The position numbers were made by a program, and so were the translations under genes. 12,093 bases of DNA, from IMG/VR virus record IMGVR_UViG_2671180299_000005; one strand, given 5' to 3'. The DNA comes from a virus. Lineage: Duplodnaviria; Heunggongvirae; Uroviricota; Caudoviricetes. Of this stretch, positions 6,971 through 12,093 are shown in pieces. Under the pieces are notes generated by a model. It saw only the letters and a program-made list of their open reading frames with translations. It searched no databases and was not told the DNA's origin. The first letter of the stretch is position 1. The number at the start of each line of letters is the position of its first letter.

Positions 6971-6999
6971 AACCCGCTTCGGCGGGTTTTGTTCTTTTT
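6971..6999 (+). terminator. intrinsic terminator at the hok mRNA 3' end (copy 1 of a duplicated terminator)
   Basis: Hairpin CCCGC-TTCG-GCGGG followed by TTTTGTTCTTTTT. The 23-mer AACCCGCTTCGGCGGGTTTTGTT is identical to 8321-8343. Confidence 0.7.
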
Positions 7000-7043
7000 G
7001 TGAAAAAAATTCCCTTAAAGGAGATTTTTTTTAACTAAAAAGG

Positions 7044-7071
7044 TTTACTTTGCTTTCGTATATGGTAAATT
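7044..7071 (+). promoter_or_regulatory. candidate sigma70 promoter for the XRE/peptidase operon
   Basis: -35 TTTACT (7044-7049), 16-bp spacer, extended -10 TGGTAAATT (7063-7071). The 10-mer TGGTAAATTT is identical to the PR'-like -10 region at 10978-10987. Sequence-only prediction. Confidence 0.3.
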
Positions 7072-7147
7072 TTAGGAATTAGAATTTAAGCGCCCATCAG
7101 GCTTGCGTTAGGCAAGTCTGCTAAATCAACAAATTGAGGATAAAATC

Positions 7148-7507
7148 ATGGCACTCACTGAATTCGGTAAGGCCGTTAGAAAAGCGAGGATCGATACTGA
7201 CAGTACTCTTCTGACTATGTCTCAAGAACTGGGCACTACGCCAGCGTTTCTTAGCGGTTTAGAAACTGGTAGCAAAAAAATACCTCTGAAGTGGGTTAAG
7301 AAGATTGATTCTTACTTCAAGGCCAAAGGTGTAGAAATTGAAGGGTTACAGGAGTTAGCGGCAGTTGCGAATGACTCAGTTCCAGTAAACGGTTTGTCTC
7401 AGCAACAGAAAATGCTTGTAGCGGGATTCGCTAAGTCGCAGTTTACGCCGGAACAGCTAAAGAGTTTTGCAGATTTATTGCAAAAGATTAATAACAATGA
7501 GGGGTAA
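7148..7507 (+). CDS. XRE-family helix-turn-helix transcriptional regulator, 119 aa
   Basis: ORF-track ORF. GAGGA lies 7 nt upstream. The HTH is FGKAVRKARIDTDSTLLTMSQELGTTPAFLSGLETG. Hand-counted 60-mers give roughly 33-43% G+C against about 57% for one 60-mer in DUF968 (9001-9060). Confidence 0.8.
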   Translation: MALTEFGKAVRKARIDTDSTLLTMSQELGTTPAFLSGLETGSKKIPLKWVKKIDSYFKAKGVEIEGLQELAAVANDSVPVNGLSQQQKMLVAGFAKSQFTPEQLKSFADLLQKINNNEG

Positions 7508-7509
7508 TT

Positions 7510-7986
7510 ATGTATCAAATGAGAGGTAACAGGGTGTCACCGATGCAAGAAGAAGAAATAGCCTACAGAGCTATAAACTTCTGTAATGCTATTGGTCTTA
7601 CAGCCTCAAAGCGCAAAAGAAAGCGTTATGATATGTTCTTTGAAAGCCTGTCAATTTATGGGGTTACTCTTGACGTCAGGACCGACAAAGAGTGGGAGGC
7701 TCTGACGTATGATCTAACTATCGGACATTGTGACCCCGCTTCTCTAACAATTACGGTTCCCAATAAAATATATGTGAATGCTTGCCTTGGGGAAGAGCAT
7801 GCACTTGCTGTTATCTTCCACGAGCTAGGTCATTTGCTTCTTGGACACAAAGCAGTTTTACACTTTTCAGTTAAAGAACCTACTCGTATTGAGGATGCAG
7901 AATGGCAGGCAGATACATTTGCGGATATCGTACTGGAAACAATTGGCGTGAGAACACAACAGATGTCGTTCGATTTTTATATGTAA
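7510..7986 (+). CDS. ImmA/IrrE-family (COG2856, M78-like) zinc metallopeptidase, 158 aa
   Basis: ORF-track ORF. It starts 2 nt after the XRE stop, so the two are probably co-translated. The HExxH motif is in VIFHELGHLLLGH. The gene order (HTH then peptidase) matches ImmR/ImmA and CapH/CapP pairs. Confidence 0.8.
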   Translation: MYQMRGNRVSPMQEEEIAYRAINFCNAIGLTASKRKRKRYDMFFESLSIYGVTLDVRTDKEWEALTYDLTIGHCDPASLTITVPNKIYVNACLGEEHALAVIFHELGHLLLGHKAVLHFSVKEPTRIEDAEWQADTFADIVLETIGVRTQQMSFDFYM

Positions 7987-7987
7987 A

Positions 7988-8010
7988 AGCCCTGCGCTAA
8001 CAGGGCTTTT
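7988..8010 (+). terminator. probable intrinsic terminator after the peptidase gene
   Basis: Hairpin AGCCCTG-CGCTAAC-CAGGGCT followed by TTTT. The T-run is short. Confidence 0.5.
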
Positions 8011-8153
8011 AGGGACGGAAAGTGCGCTAACACATTCCGTAGTGTATGGAGATAATCCAATCACAACACTTTTTGTAGACAAGCGAAGTGTAGTGGTTCT
8101 CCCAACAAAGTGCAACCTGTGTGGATTCACAGGTGAGCAGGGAAAACGAAATC

Positions 8154-8303
8154 ATGGCAATGGGTACCTGTCGCAAATGTGGCTGTCCATGTGAGATCAT
8201 TTTTCGCTACTCTGTGTGTGTAGATGGTGTAATGCGCCACGCGAAAAAAGGGAAGCCTTTCCCGATCCCACTTTGCAGTTGTAGTGGCAAGCACGCAGCT
8301 TGA
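8154..8303 (+). CDS. Cys-rich micro-protein, about 49 aa (MAMGTCRKCGCPCEIIFRYSVCVDGVMRHAKKGKPFPIPLCSCSGKHAA), possible zinc ribbon
   Basis: ORF track 8121-8303 (GTG start). The in-frame ATG at 8154 is preferred but the RBS is weak. It has CxxCxCxC and CxCxGxH motifs and lies between two terminators inside the AT-rich cassette. It could be non-coding. Confidence 0.35.
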   Translation: MAMGTCRKCGCPCEIIFRYSVCVDGVMRHAKKGKPFPIPLCSCSGKHAA

Positions 8304-8318
8304 TATTCAGTACTGACA

Positions 8319-8347
8319 AAACCCGCTTCGGCGGGTTTTGTTTTTTC
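8319..8347 (+). terminator. intrinsic terminator (copy 2 of the duplicated terminator)
   Basis: Hairpin AAACCCGC-TTCG-GCGGGTTT followed by TTTTGTTTTTT. Shares the 23-mer with 6971-6999. Confidence 0.7.
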
Positions 8348-8418
8348 CTAGCATTCTGGTTTACAATTCGCACGCCAGCCTGAACAACTGGCACCTGCTG
8401 CGCCAGCAGAGACAACCG

Positions 8419-8697
8419 ATGGCGCACGATACCAAATTATACAATTCTGATGATTCTGCCGTCTTTGCCAGCAGGCGCGGACGGTGTTTTCACGCATTCA
8501 AATCTGACTGGTACCAGCATCCCCCATGCACTGAAGAACAGGCCGAATGGCTCATTCAGTGTTACCGCAGGCGCGGATGCGAGGTTAAAAAAGCCCTTAG
8601 CCTCGACTACCGTCACTGGATAATCTCCGTCAGGCTCCCTTACTCCGAACGGCCACCGCGTCCGTCCCGCACATTCCAGCAACGGATCTGGAGGTAA
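8419..8697 (+). CDS. small nin-region protein, about 92 aa (Rem-like by position between hokD and DUF968)
   Basis: ORF track 8338-8697 starts at a TTG inside the terminator T-run. The internal ATG at 8419 (MAHDTKLYNSDD...) is more plausible, though the RBS is weak. Identity is by position only. Confidence 0.45.
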   Translation: MAHDTKLYNSDDSAVFASRRGRCFHAFKSDWYQHPPCTEEQAEWLIQCYRRRGCEVKKALSLDYRHWIISVRLPYSERPPRPSRTFQQRIWR

Positions 8698-8698
8698 T

Positions 8699-9748
8699 GT
8701 GCGGGTATTACTTCGACCTGTTCTGGTACCGGAACTCGGTCTGGTTATCGTTAAGCCAGGCCGTGAATCAATGTCAGCATTCCATAACGGCAGAATACTG
8801 GTGGAGCCGGAACCAAAAAGCATGCGAGCTCTGCCGTCCGGGGTTGTACCTGCCGTTCACCAGCCGCTGGCGGAAGATAAATCACTACTGCCATTTTTCA
8901 GCGATGAGCGGGTGAGCCGTGCTGCGGGTGGCGCTGGTGCACTGTCTGACTGGTTATTACGTCACGTGAAATCCTGCCAGTGGCTACACGGTGATTATCA
9001 TCACAGCGAAACCGTCATTCACCGTTACGGTACCGGCGCAATGGTGTTGTGCTGGCACTGCGACAACCAGCTGCGTGACCAGACATCCGAATCACTCGAG
9101 CAACTTGCTCATCAAAACCTGTCAGCATGGATGATTGACGTCATCGGTCACGCAATAAGCGGTACGCAGGAGCGTGAATTATCTCTGGCTGAATTATCCT
9201 GGTGGGCGGTCCGCAATCAGGTGGCGGACGCGCTACCGGAAGCGGTATTACGTCGTTCGCTGGGGTTGCGTGCGGAAAAAATCCGCTCCATGTACCGTGA
9301 AAGCGACATCGTACCGGGAGAGCAGACCGCCACCAGCATACTGAAACAGCGCACAAAAAATCTTGCGCCGCTGCCTCACGCCCACCAGCAACAGAACCCA
9401 CCACAGGAAAAGACGGTGGTCAGCATTGCCGTTGATCCTGAGTCTCCGGAATCTTTCATGAAACGACCTAAACGTCGCCGCTGGGTTAACGAGAAATACA
9501 CTCGCTGGGTGAAGACACAGCCGTGTGCGTGTTGTGGTAAGCCAGCCGACGATCCCCATCACCTGATTGGTCATGGTCAGGGCGGAATGGGGACAAAATC
9601 TCACGATATTTTCACGCTACCGCTGTGTCGGGAGCATCACAACGAGCTTCATGCGGATCCGCTGGCGTTCGAAGAAAAGCATGGTTCTCAGGTTGATTTA
9701 ATTTTTCGTTTTCTTGATCACGCCTTTGCAACTGGCGTGCTTGGGTAA
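8699..9748 (+). CDS. DUF968-family phage protein (YdfU-like), 349 aa, C-terminal Cys/His HNH-like motif
   Basis: ORF-track ORF with a GTG start 1 nt after the upstream stop. The true start is uncertain; an ATG at 8771 is an alternative. The C-terminus (CACCGKPADDPHHLIGHGQG...CREHHNELH) resembles a zinc-binding HNH-like motif. Confidence 0.7.
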   Translation: MRVLLRPVLVPELGLVIVKPGRESMSAFHNGRILVEPEPKSMRALPSGVVPAVHQPLAEDKSLLPFFSDERVSRAAGGAGALSDWLLRHVKSCQWLHGDYHHSETVIHRYGTGAMVLCWHCDNQLRDQTSESLEQLAHQNLSAWMIDVIGHAISGTQERELSLAELSWWAVRNQVADALPEAVLRRSLGLRAEKIRSMYRESDIVPGEQTATSILKQRTKNLAPLPHAHQQQNPPQEKTVVSIAVDPESPESFMKRPKRRRWVNEKYTRWVKTQPCACCGKPADDPHHLIGHGQGGMGTKSHDIFTLPLCREHHNELHADPLAFEEKHGSQVDLIFRFLDHAFATGVLG

Positions 9749-9760
9749 AAGAGGTGACTG

Positions 9761-10135
9761 ATGCTCATAGATTTGGTTTTACCTTACCCGCCGACGGTGA
9801 ACACTTACTGGCGACGCCGTGGCAGCACATATTTTATCTCGGAGGAGGGAAAGCGTTATCGCCGGGCTGTGGCGCTTATTGTTCGCCAGCAGCGGCTGAA
9901 ATTAAGCCTGTCCGGAAGGCTGGCGATAAAGATTATTGCCGAGCCACCGGATAAGCGCCGCCGTGACCTGGACAATATTCTGAAAGCGCCGCTGGATGCG
10001 CTGACGCATGCGGGGTTGCTAATGGACGATGAGCAGTTTGATGAAATCAATATCGTTCGTGCTCAGCCAGTATCTGGTGGACGTCTGGGGGTGAAGATTT
10101 ACCCCATAATGCTTGAAGGGCAGGTCAAAAAATGA
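9761..10135 (+). CDS. rusA: RusA-family Holliday-junction resolvase, 124 aa
   Basis: ORF-track ORF. GAGG lies 6 nt upstream. RusA hallmarks are present: LPYPPTVNTYW near the N-terminus and the acidic DLDNILKAPLDAL segment. Confidence 0.85.
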   Translation: MLIDLVLPYPPTVNTYWRRRGSTYFISEEGKRYRRAVALIVRQQRLKLSLSGRLAIKIIAEPPDKRRRDLDNILKAPLDALTHAGLLMDDEQFDEINIVRAQPVSGGRLGVKIYPIMLEGQVKK

Positions 10136-10953
10136 AACTGGAAGATTTACCGAAATACTACTCCCCAAAATCCCCCGGCCTGACTGATGCATCGGCCTCA
10201 ACGTCGAAAGATACGCTGAGTATCACTGATGTGATGGCTGCGCAGGGCATGACACAGAATTGGGCTGAGATGGGGTTTTCTGCGTTCCTTGGGAAAATGG
10301 GCATTAGTATGAATGACAGAGAGCGGGCAACAGAATTGCTGACAGAATATGCACTCAGTCGGTGTGATCGCGTGGCGGCGTTAAGAAAACTCCCGGCAGA
10401 AATAAAACCGGCAGTGATGCGTATTATGGCTTCGTATGCGTTTGAAGATTATGCCCGTAGCGCGGCGAGCAAAAAACAGTGCCCCTGTTGTCACGGAAAA
10501 AAATTTATTGAAAGCGAGGTTTTTACAAACAAGATCCAGTATCCGGATGGTAAGCCGCCAGTGTGGGCAAAGTGCACAAAAGGCGTGTATCCGTCTTACT
10601 GGGAGGAATGGAAAAAAGTCAGGGAGGGGGTAAAAGTTGCCTGTCCGGAGTGTGGAGGGAAGGGAGAGGTATCCACTGCCTGTAAAGATTGTCGTGGGCG
10701 CGGTGTTGCCATTCATCGTGAAGAGTCGGTAAAACGTGGTATGCCTGTTATCAGAGACTGCCAGCGTTGTGGTGGTCGTGGCTATGAAAGATTACCTTCA
10801 ACGGAGGCATTTAATGCCATATGTAATGTAACCGATGCCATATCTCTTGATACATGGAAAAAAACAGTTAAACGTTTTTACGATACGCTGGTGGTGCAGT
10901 TTGATATTGAAGAAGCATGGGCAGAACAACAACTGAAAAAGGTGACCAGATAG
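10132..10953 (+). CDS. late-gene antiterminator Q, 273 aa, zinc-binding
   Basis: ORF-track ORF. The ATG overlaps the rusA stop (ATGA). Multiple CxxC pairs (CPCCHGKK, CPECGGKG, CKDCRGRG, CQRCGGRG). A PR'-like promoter and terminator follow immediately. Confidence 0.8.
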   Translation: MKLEDLPKYYSPKSPGLTDASASTSKDTLSITDVMAAQGMTQNWAEMGFSAFLGKMGISMNDRERATELLTEYALSRCDRVAALRKLPAEIKPAVMRIMASYAFEDYARSAASKKQCPCCHGKKFIESEVFTNKIQYPDGKPPVWAKCTKGVYPSYWEEWKKVREGVKVACPECGGKGEVSTACKDCRGRGVAIHREESVKRGMPVIRDCQRCGGRGYERLPSTEAFNAICNVTDAISLDTWKKTVKRFYDTLVVQFDIEEAWAEQQLKKVTR

Positions 10954-10958
10954 CTTTG

Positions 10959-10986
10959 TTGATTTTTCCCGAATCTGTGGTAAATT
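10959..10986 (+). promoter_or_regulatory. PR'-like late promoter with probable qut region
   Basis: -35 TTGATT (10959-10964), 16-bp spacer, extended -10 TGGTAAATT (10978-10986). GGTAAATTTGCCCTAACGATGGG resembles my recollection of the lambda PR' initial transcribed region (GGTAAATTTGACTCAACGATGGG). Confidence 0.55.
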
Positions 10987-11032
10987 TGCCCTAACGATGG
11001 GCGTTTTATGCCTGACGTTAGAAGATTTTTTA

Positions 11033-11057
11033 CACCCGTCGCCAGGCGGGTTTTTTT
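11033..11057 (+). terminator. tR'-like intrinsic terminator
   Basis: GC-rich hairpin ACCCG-TCGCCAGG-CGGGT followed by seven T. It lies about 45 nt downstream of the predicted PR' start. Confidence 0.65.
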
Positions 11058-11102
11058 ATGACTGAAATCACGCCAGTACAGTAAACGCGCTGGTGGTTGT
11101 GA

Positions 11103-11553
11103 ATACCGGTCTTTCAGCTTGCTGGCTTTTTCGACAAGAGTTATTGGTGTGTCACGTTAACCGGAAAAAGGAAAGTTTGAGAAACGCGATCTGGCACAGG
11201 CGGTTATTAATGCTGCCTACCTGGTGGCCTGTGCAGATGGTGAATGTGAGGCTTCCTAGAAAGCGAAGATCGAACAGGTACTGCGTAATCAGCCTGCGCT
11301 GTCCGCGTTTACGTCAGAAATTAATGCGATTAGCGCAACCATTATCGGTCAGCTGGATACGAACTTTAAAACTGGTCGTCGTGCGGCGTTACGTGAGATC
11401 GAGGATGTGAAACACGATACGCGTGAAGCGGAAGATGTGCTGGATGTGGCGGTGGCCATTGCGGAGGCAGACGGCGAAATTGAGCCGGAAGAGCGCAAGG
11501 TGCTGGAAGAGATTGCCGGTGTTCTGGGTCTTCGTCTGGAGAATCACCTGTGA
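11103..11553 (+). pseudogene. decayed TerB-domain gene: no start codon, apparent frameshift, in-frame TAG
   Basis: The frame ending at the TGA (11551-11553) encodes two TerB-like repeats (AAYLVACADGECEAS*KAKIEQVL and AVAIAEADGEIEPEERKVLEEIAGVLGL), interrupted by TAG at 11257-11259. There is no ATG, GTG or TTG before 11224. A TerB-like FFDK N-terminus lies in another frame (11103-11180), which suggests an indel near the A-run at 11164-11169. Confidence 0.4.
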
Positions 11554-11717
11554 CGGTAAAACTGCGCCTGGCTGTGGCTGCACTCCTGCTGTTTCTGGTG
11601 GTGATGGTGGATTTCACCAGCAGAATCATGTCGGTGCTGGCGGATGGGGTGCTGGTCTGCGGCATTATGGTATTGCTGTGGCCGGTGATAAAAAGAAACA
11701 GCCTGCATAATGCTTGA
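11550..11717 (+). CDS. small hydrophobic protein, 55 aa (VTVKLRLAVAALLLFLVVMVDFTSRIMSVLADGVLVCGIMVLLWPVIKRNSLHNA)
   Basis: Hand-translated. The GTG start overlaps the TerB-remnant stop (GTGA). Two hydrophobic stretches. No independent RBS; it may be a decayed coupled partner. Confidence 0.3.
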   Translation: MTVKLRLAVAALLLFLVVMVDFTSRIMSVLADGVLVCGIMVLLWPVIKRNSLHNA

Positions 11718-11833
11718 TTTTTTTGTTTGCTGTTTATTAAAAACACTTCTGCATGGTGAATCCCCCTGTGCGGTGGGGCAATCAGCAAGAAGGAATATGG
11801 GGTAATCGCGGATTCAGGTGCTGATACTGAATT

Positions 11834-11854
11834 CACCGGGAGGCACCCGGCACC
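11834..11854 (+). repeat. 21-bp element CACCGGGAGGCACCCGGCACC, copy 2 of the inverted pair (partner at 1-21), dyad CCGGG-N5-CCCGG
   Basis: Read directly. GGAGG at 11840-11844 lies 11 nt upstream of an ATG at 11855. Confidence 0.6.
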
Positions 11855-11918
11855 ATGCTTTGCCACAAAAGTGTTATTTCTGTTTTTCTCAAACTATCAT
11901 CGTTATCCCTTTATTTTC

Positions 11919-11947
11919 GGCTGCGCATGGCGCGGCTTTTTTTTTAC
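11919..11947 (+). terminator. possible intrinsic terminator
   Basis: Short hairpin GGCTGCGC-ATG-GCGCGGCT followed by nine T (11937-11945). The stem is short and partly wobble-paired. Confidence 0.3.
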
Positions 11948-12031
11948 GACCAGCCACTGGCAGATGGTCATCCTGTGATTTGATTCCGCTTCCGGCTTTT
12001 TAACTCTGTTCCTCTACACGGGAGAAATTCG

Positions 12032-12093
12032 ATGTCGATTAAACATTATGATGTTGTCAGGGCGGCGTCGCCGTCAGACCTTGCGGAAAAGCT
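12032..12093 (+). CDS. 5' end of an unidentified gene (MSIKHYDVVRAASPSDLAEK...), truncated by the window edge
   Basis: The ATG at 12032 follows GGGAGA with a 6-nt spacer. The frame is open to the window end. Only 20 codons are visible, so no family call. Confidence 0.3.
   Translation, partial: MSIKHYDVVRAASPSDLAEK

Noticed and set aside
8116-8133. CRP-binding site interpretation of TGTGT-GGAT-TCACA
   Set aside because: The spacer between the TGTG and CACA arms is 4 bp, not the 6 bp of the CRP consensus. Kept only as a generic dyad.
7867-8427. Minus-strand ORFs 7867-8130 and 8197-8427
   Set aside because: They run antisense across two plus-strand terminators and the peptidase 3' end, with no RBS.
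8697-8915. 72-aa ORF starting at the ATG at 8697
   Set aside because: The ATG is only 2 nt from the GGAGG, and the frame runs inside and out of frame with the 349-aa DUF968 ORF. The product is Trp/Cys-rich and low-complexity.
11093-11866. ORF-track ORFs 11093-11410(+), 11423-11710(+), 11366-11866(-) and 11389-11583(-)
   Set aside because: All are alternative frames over the TerB-like remnant. Their products are Arg/Trp/Pro-rich with no domain-like pattern, whereas the chosen frame shows the TerB repeat architecture.
11855-11983. 42-codon ORF (MLCHKSVISVFLKL...) directly after the 21-bp element
   Set aside because: Low-complexity product that would read through the putative terminator at 11919-11947. 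It is left unannotated; the ATG position is noted only as context for the element.
1-12093. CRISPR arrays, tRNA or tmRNA genes, attachment-site duplications, integrase or transposase genes
   Set aside because: No regularly spaced repeat-spacer array, no cloverleaf-compatible sequence with a CCA-proximal acceptor stem, and no recombinase-like ORF was seen. The window appears to be internal to the prophage.

Overview
This 12.1-kb window reads as the early/regulatory half of a mosaic lambdoid prophage from an Escherichia-like host, in canonical lambdoid order. All family names, gene symbols and K-12 lengths below are recalled from memory, not from a search. Minus strand, left: an early-left operon of three small genes (51, 42 and 72 aa, matching ydfA/ydfB/ydfC by length and position) followed by an apparently exact 53-nt DicF sRNA, all downstream of a RacR-type repressor. 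The repressor gene is bracketed by two operator/promoter modules sharing TTAGGC/GCCTAA half-sites. Plus strand: ydaS/ydaT, an O-like initiator with internal palindromic iterons, a DnaC-like loader, three small nin-region-type genes, a HokD-like type I toxin, DUF968, RusA, a Q antiterminator with a lambda-like PR'/tR', then a decayed TerB-like gene. The strongest candidate for something undescribed is an AT-rich cassette (about 7000-8350) encoding an XRE-family HTH protein, an ImmA/IrrE-type HExxH peptidase and a Cys-rich micro-gene, bracketed by two copies of the same terminator. Other points worth a second look are a 21-bp element at both window ends whose two differences are compensatory, and two tandem hydrophobic micro-ORFs followed by a perfect 20-bp palindrome. 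No CRISPR array, tRNA, rRNA, integrase or IS element was seen. G+C figures are hand counts of a few 60-mers.
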